This document shows, piece after piece, positions 51,693 through 63,727 of a DNA stretch of 64,000 nucleotides. The notes under the pieces were generated by a model. That model was not told where the DNA came from. It worked only from the letters and a program-made list of their open reading frames with translations, and did no database searches. Origin of the DNA: Paraphysomonas bandaiensis (taxonomy: Eukaryota; Protista; Chrysophyceae); NCBI GenBank assembly GCA_965644295.1, contig CBFFRP010000127.1, forward strand, positions 1 through 64,000, given 5' to 3'. How positions within the stretch are numbered: the first letter of the stretch is position 1; each line of letters begins with the position of its first letter. The position numbers and the translations under genes were made by a program.

Positions 51693-52645
51693 TGTAGGGA
51701 AGTGAATAGAGAGTCTGTAAGTCGATAGCTAAGTGAAACAAAAATGGACAAAAGATAGAGAGCTCAGTCACTCTCTATGATACCAGTCAAAGGACTACGA
51801 TAGACAGGCACAGAGTTGACCTCTGTAATAATATAATCCCCTGAAAGTATTGGGGAGGGTTTCAGGTCTATAGGGGGAGTTATTGTGATGTGGGGTAGCT
51901 GAAGTGAGATACAGGGATATATGCATGGCCTGTGGTGGTATACGGGAATCATATAGTAGGGTAGGGGGGATGCATCGTTTTACACCACAAATAGCAATGA
52001 GTTGTATTAATTTCCTTCCTATCATTTTTATTTACTTGAAATTGATTTGTTGTGAATATTTTACTTGACCCAAAAGAGAATTATTTTTCCAGAACCTTTA
52101 CACTATAAAATCCCACATTTTTCTATATAATATCTCGAAAAAACTCTACTATTAGGGAGATAATAACGAAGTCTGTGGAGCATATCTGCGGGCATGTTAT
52201 CATACACAACCATGAGAGTGATCAATGTCCAGTCGACGTTTAGATCATGAAATATGTAGAGTTAGCTCTAAAATAATGTGGACAAGTTGGAAAAGCACAA
52301 TACAAAACCCAGATATCTGTCAACAAATTTCTACCATACTATGAAGTGGATATTTTTTTTGACGTACGTATTTCTGAAGTAGTTGTATTTCCACCGTACG
52401 ATAATGGAGTGTGAAGGTGTGTGGTTCGTACACTTCTCTCTCGCTAAAGCTTCTGGATGTGATTTTTTCTTATGTCCACATACGCACATATATAATACAG
52501 TGGATCTACACGTATGAAGTAGATGTATACGTAGATGTATCTGTGAGCATCTGGCTGTGTGTATGTTTGTGGAAGTAATCAGAGCCAAGAAACAACACTG
52601 ATTGTCTTCAATTGCGTGTGGCGATATTTGAGAGACTAAATAATA

Positions 52646-54074
52646 ATGCTAGCAAGAGGATTACTGCAACGTGGATCTGCCACTAGACGCGCTTTCTCCG
52701 CTGCTGCAAAGCCTATCGTGAACAGCCACAATGAGTTTGACCCTCTCGAAGAAGTTATTGTCGGTAGAGTTGACGGAGCAACTATTCCAGAGTGGCATGT
52801 TTCTGGCAAAGCTGTCTGGCCGGAGAAGCACTGGGACATGTACAAGACTAAGGCCGGACAGCCTTTCCCGAAGCATTTGATGCAAGAAGGTGAACTGGTT
52901 GTCGTTACATCCCCAGTCGATGCCTCATAATAATAATCTATATTGCAGCCGCAAAAGAACTTGATAATTTTGCTAAGATTTTGGAGGCTGAAGGTGTTAT
53001 CGTTCGCCGTCCCGAAGTGCTTCCTGGTGACTTTAGTCAGGAGTGCCAGACCCCTGATTTTAAGACTAAGAGCGGATTGTATGCTGCCATGCCCCGAGAT
53101 GTCCTCATTGTCGTCGGTAACGAAATCATTGAAGCCCCAATGGCGTGGCGTTCTAGATACTTTGAATTCAGGCCTTACAGAAAATTGATTAAAGATTACT
53201 TCCATAAAGGTTCGAATATTAATGTCACGACTAGGTTTTCAGCCTAAATAAATCTGTAGGAGCCAAGTGGACCGCCGCCCCAAAGCCGCTTATGTCTGAC
53301 GACCTTTTTGTTCCTGAGGATAAATTCAAAGTGAATGAGACAGGCGAATTTGTGACCACTGAATTCGAACCTGTTTTCGATGCCGCTGAGTTCACACGTA
53401 TTGGTAAGGATATTTTCTGCCAGCGCAGTCAAGTTACGAACGAGTTTGGAATTGAGTGGATGCGCCGTCATCTGGGCCCGGAGTACAATATTCACGTCTT
53501 GGACTTCCAGGATAAAAATGCTATGCACATCGACGGAACCTTTATTCCGATTGGTCCTGGCAAGCTTTTGGTGAATCCCAAAAGGCCTTGCATTACTGGC
53601 GAGAAGCAAAAGACTTTCACATATGAGGGCAATAAGAGAGATTATCATTTACCTTCCATGTTCAAGGGATGGGATATTTTCATTGCGCAGACTCCACTTC
53701 TGGCAGCAGACCACCCGCTGTATTTTACCTCCCCATGGACTGCCTCATGCAATATCATCATGCTTGATCATGTAAGAATATCGTGGTTTTGTTTTCTATC
53801 ATAGTTCTCATAGTTCGCCCGTTTACTGCTACATCTGACTTTATGTACAGGAGCGCGTCGTGGTGGAAGCGCACGAAACTACAACTATCGAGGCCTTCAA
53901 GAGCTGGGGGTTCAAGCCTGTCCTTGTCCCATTCCGTAATTTCCTTCCATTTGGTACGCCTGCTTGCTGCGTATATAGTGTGCGATTACTGACTAGTATG
54001 TGTACGTAGGCGGTTCTTTCCACTGCGCGACCTGTGACATCAGAAGGACAGGAGAACTTCAATCCTACTTCTAG
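52646..54074 (+). CDS. GATM: L-arginine:glycine amidinotransferase family enzyme with probable mitochondrial presequence, multi-exon
   Basis: [72 protein letters not shown]. Confidence 0.92.
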
Positions 54075-54371
54075 ATGGCCAATGGGATCAGATGTTGGGC
54101 GCAACGTACCATTGATGAAATCTTTTTCACTGATGTTATTGTGTAGCCTTTTGTTCACCTGTTTCACTTGTAATACAATATAACTGCTTGTGCTACCATT
54201 ACGTTCATGTTATAAAGCTTTCTTTCGCTGGCAATTCTTTTTACTAGAATGTGTGTGTACGCTGTGCACACGTACACACCGCACATGTTGGCTCGGGAGT
54301 ATTGTTAAAGAATCACTCCCAACTTATATGACGTACACGTACTCTACAATTTATAGGAACATTACCCGGAT

Positions 54372-55303
54372 CAGGGCTAGGAACAATATATTGCAATACT
54401 ATTAGTAGATAGCGTTCCATCAATACTATTTATGGAGATTTTAAACAGGCTCAACAATACAATTACAATATATTGCAATATATTAGTATGACTAATCAGT
54501 AGGTAAACACATATTGAGAGAAGTTCTGTACATATATGTGTGCAGGGGTGCAGAGTACTGTTTGAGCTGGCTATACATAAAAATAGAAAATAACATCAAA
54601 AATAGGCTATTTTTCCGGTTATTTGAATACATAGACTTATATTTTGCACCCTCAACTAAGTCGGACTCTCACCTTTTCGTGGTGTTCTGGGGGATAAGTA
54701 CCGGGGAGAGATTCTCTCTGGGAAATTAAAGTGAGCCTCAAGCATATAGTCAGCAGATAATTCTCTGTCCACTCATAGCCGAATGCTTGTGTGTTACAAG
54801 GGACACCAATAAGTGTCACTTGTGTAGACGTCTTTGGGCCCTGACGAATAAACAGGCATCCGGGAATGGGTCCACCGTCCACCTCAAGGGCATCCAGGAC
54901 AGCGCCCACCTGAAGGGTAACCGGGGTATTGGGCTGCCTGCTGAAGTCAAGCATCCGGGATGTTCACCTTAAGAACTCAGAGCGGAAGTGGTCGCACATT
55001 GGTGCTTGCGGCGACGCACAAGCAGCTTCCGTAGCGTTAAATAGTAGGATAAAAAAAGTGTGTACTGACTAGTTACAGGTAGAGGTCTAACTAGTTTGTC
55101 TAGCATTCATCTACTAGCTACTAAGTTGGTGCAGGTTTTTAACGCCTATTGCTAATAATAAGACTTTCAATATACTTATATTTTGCACCGTACAGTTAAG
55201 AATCATAATATTGATTGCAATATATTGAGAGCCACTTTAACAGAAACAATATCGATGGAAATTTTGGGCATCACCAATCAATATTGTTTCCTCGGCAGCC
55301 CTG
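54372..55303. mobile_element. hAT-like non-autonomous element hosting a nested SINE-like insertion
   Basis: Ends CAGGGCT.../...AGCCCTG; left end CAGGGCTAGGAA matches the 15891 MITE; flanks ACCCGGAT/ACCCGAAC (6/8 match); CAATAT-rich subterminal repeats. Confidence 0.65.
54649..55173 (+). mobile_element. SINE-like retroelement copy (~525 bp) with 14-16-bp TSD
   Basis: ACTTATATTTTGCA(CC) at 54635-54650 and 55174-55189; same 5' start (CCCTCAAC) and 3' end (AAGACTTTCAATAT) as 22098-22602. Confidence 0.88.
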
Positions 55304-55570
55304 ACCCGAACGTACATGAAGCATACAGCGGAGGAGCCAAAGAACTGCTCACATTATACATAAATTTGAATTAAGTAATAACAGATACTACAATAATGAT
55401 CCTCTCACTGCAGGAATATTATTAATTACTTTGTTGTAACTTTCTTTGTCCCATTCACACAGATAACAATTCTCCCATGGTTTCTGTGTAACAAGACATT
55501 CCTATCAAACATATTTATTCTGTAGTTGATACAGAGAGAGACAGCACACTACATAATTTTCCCAGGCTGA

Positions 55571-57195
55571 TTAGACATATGTCTCCTTACAGAACCCTGG
55601 CTGAATCGCTCCAGGGTGAAACCCGCGATTAATTAGGCGACATCTCTGCATAGTGATGCGCTCTTCAGCGTCATCGACGTCCACAACGGTAGAAGGACTC
55701 CAGAGCCGCTCACCAACTGAAGCAGCACGAGGATACACAATGCCTTCAATGTTATTCTCGTCGATATGTTCCCCCCACATGCACACTTCACCACCGATGA
55801 TCAGTTGCGCTTCAGTTTCCGAGAGTCCTACTGTTGGGTCATAGGAGTACATTTTATCCCACGTGTTGTCTGCATGACTGCACAGAAAAAAATTAATCAC
55901 GTGTACACATAAAATATTCACCCAAAACATAACCACAATGCAAAAATAATTATATCTTATATATGACTAGCACGCAAGACTTACTCCAGGTACCACACAT
56001 CCGAAGGGGCGGCAATAACTTGGAAGCCCTTTGCGACAATACTGGATACAACATCCATAGAAGTCCACACCTGGAATATAACGTCAGAACCCACATCACA
56101 GCCTGCTTTGAACACTTCTTCCCAGTGTACAGGAGTCGCCCCTAGGGCACGGGTAATGTCATCTGCTTTTAGAACGAAATACTCGAGCAGCTGGTCATAC
56201 GATGTCATGCCATTAGCATCCATGAAATTTACAATCGAGGTATCGTTGGCCCAGCAACCATAGACAACTTCATCTCCCCCCAGGTGGAAATTCTTGACTC
56301 CACTAGCACCAATAATGTCACTTACAACTTCACCTACGACAGTGTACGTTTCATCCTTTGTTGGGTTCAGTGCAAAGTCGTTGATATTATAAGAGTACTT
56401 CACGAAACAATCCGCCATGACGTCAGGGTACCCAGCAGTCCAGGATGCAGCATGGCCAGGTACATCAATTTCTGGAAGCAGGCGTACACCTCGGTCAGCC
56501 GCGTAGGCGGTAAGGGCAGAGATATCATCCATAGAGTACGTCAGTTTAGGAGAATAAGCACCCTTTACAAGATCAGGAGCGGAGGGTGTGTCAACAGGAA
56601 AGGATTGCGCATCGACCATGTGCCAGTGAAGCACATTGAACTTACTCATCACGAGAGTGTCAACCATGCGCTGTATTTCGCTGACAGGCAAGTAATGTCT
56701 CGAGGAGTCGAGCATGAACCCGCGGTGGGTGAACCGAGCATCATCTGAAACATCAACAGGAAGATAGGATGCGGTAACAGTACCATCATCGGAACGGGAC
56801 AACAGTTGAGTGAAAGTTTCGAATGCTCGCAATGAACCCCATACTGTGGAAGAGTGTATGGTGCACTCCCCATCTTTTGAAACGGTTAGCTCATAGCTCT
56901 CATCTACTCCCAGCTGAAGAGTTGATGGCTCATCGTCATGCGTCTCATCCACAGTCACCGAGCAAGCCGAAATCCCTCCTGTCGAACCAGAGCTACTGGC
57001 ACCGATGAGTTGTTGATATCTCTCCACAGCCTGATCGAGGAAAGCGGACTCTTGGTTGAGTTGAAAGGTGAACCCATTGGATAAGCTCAAAGAGTCTGAG
57101 CCCACACTGAACGAGAGCGGCTGCGGCCAAAATGGAGACGAGACTTGTTCTCCAAAAACGCTTGCCAACACACTACCTAAAATCAGAGATTTCAT
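55571..57195 (-). CDS. Beta-hexosaminidase (GH20), secreted/lysosomal, 2 exons
   Basis: Signal peptide; RFTHRGFMLDSSRHY, NVLHWHMVDAQSFP, PEIDVPGHA, HLGGDEV, IGGEVCMWGE, YPRAASVGERLWS. Confidence 0.95.
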
Positions 57196-57710
57196 AATTA
57201 AATTTAATCTGAAGTATGAGCAGTGAATAAGAACTACTACAATTATGATGAAAATCGCTTTTAATGCGTGCGTTGCTTTCCTTCAGATACACTACTGCTG
57301 CTGGTGCATTCATGCAGGTGTGGGTATATATAACTGGTATACAGAGAGAGCAACATCCCTCAACATACATACACACACTGCATGTATTCAGGTATACGCC
57401 ACCGTATTCACTTTCTTGCTGTTAATTGGCATTCTCTGTCCAGACTCATTCCTGTGTTTAAAATACACAGCAGTATAACAAGGTAAGGTGAAGTGAATCT
57501 GCGTGAAGTCCAGTGAAGTGAAGTGAAAGAGAGGTGAGTCAGGTCAGTGAATGTGTGTATTGACATATGCGTTGTTTACATATGATTCACTGGTAATAGT
57601 TATGGCAGTGTATAGCTATCACAGGAGTCTATATCAGTGTAATGTGTTTATGTTGTTAACGGTATTGACTGATCATTCAGGGGTTCACGTGATCACTGGT
57701 CCTTGAATCT

Positions 57711-60700
57711 ATGTCACGAACAACAACTGTCCGAACTAAGTGCGCTGATAACGAGCGTATCGCTGCTCATCTTCTTGACGTGCTGCATAACAAGACATCA
57801 CCTGGACCGAGTACTTTTAAGTTTGCTCTCAAGAAGGCAATCAAGAGTGTCTCTGCGTACCCTCTGCCGATAACCACAGAGCAGGATGCACTGTCATTGG
57901 AGGGTGTTGGGCCGGTGTTGTCCCGAGAGATCATGAAGGCTGCTCTTACCACTGTATCCGTTCCTCCTCCTCCTGCTGCTGCTGCTTCTGATGTACCTTC
58001 CATTAGAAGAAAACCGAACAGTTCTGACAGTGGAACTCCTCGTGATTCCACCACCGGTTTTACCAGTAGAGTATATAAACCAGAGCAAGGAAAGGGACCG
58101 TGGGCTATCATGATATCGCTTAGTATTCTCAATTGTCCCAGCACGAAGCAGCAAATACTAGACTGTATTCGAAGCAATGGTTTGGAGGTACGTCTATATG
58201 CTTATGGTGTCTTTTTCTTCACCAAATATCTGACTTAGTTGCACGAATCATGTAACAATCTTGCGGGAAGTAAATGGACAACTGCACTAAAAACACTCAC
58301 GTCCAAATCTCTGGTGGAATCTCAGCGCCCGTCAACAGTGTCGCTGTCTAACCAGATGGAATTTTACCTTACGGAATATGGTGCAGAACGCGCAATGGCT
58401 TTGAGAGGTTGTAGTGTACGCAACAATGGTAGCACAGTCGCACGCCAACTGGTTGCGTGTGATGTGCCACAAAGCTATTCCGATCCAGGTGATGCTTCTC
58501 TCGCTGCGAAACGCGATGAACCATCCGATATGTTGTCGACAAGAGTTGATGAGGAGGTTGGAAGTACATTTGATCTCACTGCCTGTGGCAACTCTGGCGA
58601 TGAGGAGTTCATAATGATCTTGTCATCCGATGATGAAGCCGCACCACAGTGTTCGGAGTCAATGAATGGGGGCTGTATTCCGGGTGTTAGAACTTGCGAT
58701 CCCTTGGATTATAACCGGAAAATTACTAAAGAATCTAAGTTTGATCGTACAGAGGTTACTTGGGAGGGCAATAGCGACAATGGTGCAAGCACCGTTCTAA
58801 GTTTAAGAGAGCGAATTGCCGCGAAGTTTACATCTCATTCACCAGTGGACGTAAAGTTCAGCCAATGCAATGGTAACTATGAGAGTAATAAATGTAGAGA
58901 TTTATTCACGACAGAGGAATATGATATTGATTTGACACAAGATACATGCGATCAGGCGGAACAAGCACAAAGTAGTGTTGGAAGCAAGCGCAAATTACCT
59001 GATACGATTGTGACGCAGCAGTCATCATTCCCACCCACCGTACGCTGTTCTAGCTATGATTGCCCTATTTCTATAGATAGTGATGAGGGTCCACCATCTC
59101 CAACTTCGCCACCTCCAATTCGTCGATCACTGTCTACTGAAACTCATTCTTCGCCTCCACTTTCAATCCTGCCGGAATGTGTAAATTATGAGTCAAATGT
59201 TTTGTCACAACCAACGACAAATAAAGAGCTTACATCGAGACGAGAAAAAGTCACGAAAAAGAAACGGGTAGCCAAATTTAATTCAAGACCAGATGTAAAT
59301 ATCTACCGTGGTGGTGCGGCTACATTCATGATGAATCAGTCGAAGCGCTCTGATGATAGCCCACCTGGCAGTAAAAGCGACCAATCATCTGGCACAGATA
59401 ACAAAAAGAACACCGCGAAGAAAAAGTGGAATGTTACAGAAGGTTCATGGGAAGTTGTGATGCTTATCGACTGGAGGGAAAAGGACTACCGGTTTATTGA
59501 GGCGTTCATGTTGCAAAAGAATGTTCGAGTCGAGGTGCTATAACTGTATGCTGTATGATGAAATGATTAAGTTTACTTCATGTGGTAAATTCGAATTACG
59601 TGTGACCTGGTATTATATCTTATACTGTCGCTATTGACTTGGCGTGCTTAAAATTTATCACATTATTGCACTAGGTGTGTCAACTTGCTATTGGAGATTA
59701 CATGTGGGTTGCGAAACAGCGAAAATATCCTTCTAATGGAAATGCCTTAAGCAGTGGAAATTTGATGCGACACGACACCGAACTCGGGGGTAATAGTATG
59801 CTCTCACAAGAGGAAGATATGAGAAGTGTGTATAGTATAATTAGTGACACGAGTTCAAATGGATATACAAGTGACAGCTCCAGCAGTGGTAATGCGTCGA
59901 CGGCCCGTAAGGTGCGAAACAAGAGTAAGAAACAAGCACTGCAGGATGCACAACGTAATATGGCAGTACTGGACTGTATTGTGGAGAGGAAAACCGTTTC
60001 TGACCTAGCGTCGAGTATCCAGGATGGTCGATACGATGAGCAAAAGCAACGACTGAAATGTTGTGGGGTTGAACACATTGTTTATCTTGTGGAAGGCCAG
60101 TCGCTGAACCCTCAAGGGGTGGGGGTTGGTTTTCGCCATAAGGCGAAGAATAAAGATAGGTTCTTAGTGCAGTGTAGTGCTGGGGCGAGTGTGACATCCA
60201 GTACAATATTGACTGCGATGGCAGCTACGCAGGTTATACGTGTAGATTGTGTGTTATGTTGTGGTTGTATGTATCTCTCCTGATGTCATGAACATAGGCC
60301 ACTGGGATTGCAACTGGCTTGTGTCGAGATCCTGGAGCTATTGATAGTGAGTGTGAGGAGAATGAGTGCAGTGGTATGGATAATCAGTTCAAGATGCATG
60401 TGGTACAGACTCGGGGTATTGATCACACCGCGATGCACCTACTCTACCTTCACAGGTACTATTTTTAAAGTTTGTTGTATTCGTTCGTTTGTTGCGTATT
60501 CATATGTAGATGATGCACTCAGTTTCCACTTGTGTGTTGTTGTAGGCAAGTAGAGAAACGGTTCTTTTCTCGCTGCAATTCGTCCGACCACTCTAGTATT
60601 GGTCATTCGTACACCGATTTGTTTGACTTCCAGTCTAGCAGCTCACGCAGTAATCGCCTCACAGATGTAGGGCAACTGTTTATTGCTCAGTTACGCCAGG

Positions 60701-61003
60701 CCAACGGCTGTTCCGTTAGTGCAGCGAAATCCATATCAGCTAAATTTGGAGGTACAATGAGGAATATGAATACTACGCTCCGAAGTATGGTTCCTGTTGC
60801 AGCTAAGGTTAGTTAGCCGTGTTTTGTAAGTCGGTTCTGCCGAAGGAATAGCATGTTCATAATGCTAATTTGCTGCGTAGGACTCCATTGCTCATTTGAG
60901 AAAAATTGGTCCAACAGGAAATATGTCTCGAATAGGCCCGAAGCTTGGAAGTTTTATGTCCAATTTAATGTTGATATCTGAGCTCCCGAAGCCGAAAGGA
61001 TAG
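57711..61003 (+). CDS. MUS81: Crossover junction endonuclease MUS81, multi-exon
   Basis: N-terminal HhH (KKAIKSV..YPLPI...LEGVGP); YKP..GKGPWAI winged helix; ERCC4 domain [41 protein letters not shown]; C-terminal HhH2 ([16 protein letters not shown]). Confidence 0.92.
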
Positions 61004-63226
61004 ACAATGTGTGTTACCCAGTTGTTGTATGTTTATTTCTTCATTATTTAGAAATTAGATGACATGTGTAGTGATATGTATGTGTATAGACGAGTGTATT
61101 ACCGCTATTAAACTGGTTGTACTGGCTGTCACGGTGTTGATCGATTCCTTTACAACGTGTTTCGTAATGTACGCGCCAGTGATAACAAAATTTGTACAAT
61201 ATTGTAATACGTGAAGTGTATAAAACTGCTAGCGATTTCACAATATATTTACTTAATAAAGGTGTGCTACTAATATGTCAAACCAATTAGCCCGAAATTA
61301 TAATTTTCGATCTGATGCCATTGATATTCTGGGTACATGTCAACCTGATAGAATAACGTATAAATTAGTTAACCAGCTGATGGTATTAAAATTCGTTGAT
61401 CCACGTATATATGTTAACGCGTGAATACAAATGTATGTGGCTCTAATGCTCTATTCAACCGCATCTTGCTATTATACAATATACTATTAGGCTTTGTTAT
61501 TCATGTGAAGTTTATATTATCAATCTTTATCATCCAAATAATACGAAGTGTATCCTCCATTAAATACTAAGACTAGCTATAAACTTATTTGATGATATAT
61601 TTATTATCGAAGTATATATATATTAAAATTAGTATACGGTTCGACAATATTACTGTTGCTAATTACTGCATATATTTATCATATACTTTTGCATCATTTC
61701 AATATACTTTCATTTTTTTATTTTCTTAGTCATAGTATTTCAATGTCGTTTATGTACTATTGGCTAGAAGAGGCTACGACAACAAGGTCCTACAACGGTC
61801 AGAAACTTACAAAATAACCCTCCAACGATCTTACAGTTTGTGAAGTGATACAGTAAACTAGTAATAGATAACACCTCTACAACTTGTGACTCAGAAAGCC
61901 AATCTGCGTTCTACTGTATATATGTATATACGCAGAAATTCTTATTTTAGTGCTACGTTGATATGCATTAAGATAAATATCAATGAAATTTCTTAAACAG
62001 AGGCCACTCCTTGGAAATCTAGCACGAATGAAAGACTCGTCCAATGACTTCCTTGGGTAAGTCACACGTAATGTAATTAATTATAACAATAATAGTTTAT
62101 TGTGAACTGCCATAATTTTTCCCCATTTTTTAGTGTATAATAAAAATCGTCAGTGCTAGTCGACAACAAAATGGCTCCAAGTTCATTGAACGAGATGCAT
62201 TTTTATTTGATAATGATACCTACACTACATGTACATCGTTAAAATGCAATGAAATAGAACTTTTCTATTGTGTCCTCCAGCTTTTTTATATCGTTTTCAA
62301 GATAGATTAGGGTTTTGTAACCAATGGCAGATAAAATTTGATCAAAGCAGGGTTATTTTTATCCATCAAGTCTTTTCAATCGATTGCAGAGGGTACCCAT
62401 TATATGACTCTTATTTCTAATATGCATGTGAGGGGGTATGTAGCACTATTAATAGTCACCATCTCATACATACGTGAACACGCATCACTTCAGTTGAGGG
62501 GTTGAAGAGAACATGACGGTCACGTAGATTTATCGGCTTCTGTCTTGAAATCATCTCATTTCATAGCACTATTGAGAGCACTGCAAGAGAACAGTGAGTG
62601 TCGACCGCATCTCATAAGGGCTTTTCACTGGGTCTGAAGTTGCAACCTCCGCCTTAAACAAGTGTGAGTTGAAGGAATGGAACAGCAAGAGCTTCCACAG
62701 CTCACACGGCGGATGTACACACACACATAGTGAGCACGAGCAACATAATAATAGTCATGTAATCTTATTTATGCAGTGATACGAATTATCTCAACCTGCC
62801 TTTACTACGTATAAGTGTCCACGTCTTGCGTCCATGTATGTCCATGTCACGCACAGAGCAGACGTCACTCCATGGTGTACTATTTTATTGGCTGAGAGTG
62901 GATACGAAGTCATTTCTATAAAATTCTCCGATTTTTAGACTTAAATTGTACAGAGTATGGTATCACACACATCATAAAAACAGGTTATTTGGAAGACCAT
63001 TTCCCCGATTTGCGTAGAAATCTAAGAATTTTGTGCGAGTTAGTGTGTATGCCGTATGTACGGTATCTTGTGATGCGTATATGTACAGAGATGTACGATG
63101 CAAAGATGTCAGCAGGCTGAGAGTGAATATCTAGACTAGTATGATGGGGAAGGGAAGAGCAGTTGGACATATTTCACCATCAACCCTATATAAAATCATC
63201 CATAATATGGTTCTTAATCAATTAAC

Positions 63227-63727
63227 ATGCTAACTGACTCGCCGCTCTCGCCTAGCTGTCAATCACCAAGAAGGAACTGCGTGTATCCGTGTTCCCAGTC
63301 ATCTGATTCATTTGAATCTGAATTTGGTGCTGTTGTCACTGATAGTAACAAAGACAAATACGTCACTAAACTAGAATCATTTGATGATATCTCTGAAAAC
63401 TCTGAAGCAGTTCCGACTGCTACTGTAAAAGCAACAGACCCTAATGCTGAAATGGTTGCTCTGCTGCAACAAATGAAGATTTTGATACAAACCAGTATTG
63501 ACAATATGAATCCTGCCGATTCAGCGCGTGTTGACACAAAAGGGACTACTCCGGTTCGTGATCAGCCCGACGTGGCGCCAAGATGTTCATCTTTGCTATA
63601 TCGACTCCGAAATAGCACAATCTGGTCATATTGGTGGTGTGGTCAGGATATTGACAGCGTAGAAGTCGACAAGCTGATTCATATTTTCTTACTGGTAGGA
63701 TCACTGACCTTTATGATTTATTGTTGA
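63227..63727 (+). CDS. Hypothetical protein with C-terminal transmembrane segment
   Basis: 166-aa ORF from ATG with a hydrophobic C-terminal tail; no recognisable motif. Confidence 0.5.
   Translation: MLTDSPLSPSCQSPRRNCVYPCSQSSDSFESEFGAVVTDSNKDKYVTKLESFDDISENSEAVPTATVKATDPNAEMVALLQQMKILIQTSIDNMNPADSARVDTKGTTPVRDQPDVAPRCSSLLYRLRNSTIWSYWWCGQDIDSVEVDKLIHIFLLVGSLTFMIYC

Noticed and set aside
9925-54074. ATP-grasp ligase plus amidinotransferase as a peptide biosynthetic cluster
   Set aside because: About 42 kb apart, separated by many unrelated housekeeping genes.
2392-61003. Alternative genetic code or stop readthrough to explain fragmented ORFs; overlapping antisense ORFs
   Set aside because: The breaks examined are explained by short spliceosomal introns under the standard code. 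The antisense ORFs are motif-less shadows of real exons.
62300-62320. TTAGGGTT as telomerase template or interstitial telomere
   Set aside because: Only 8 nt; similar matches at ~15837 and ~21313 are consistent with chance.
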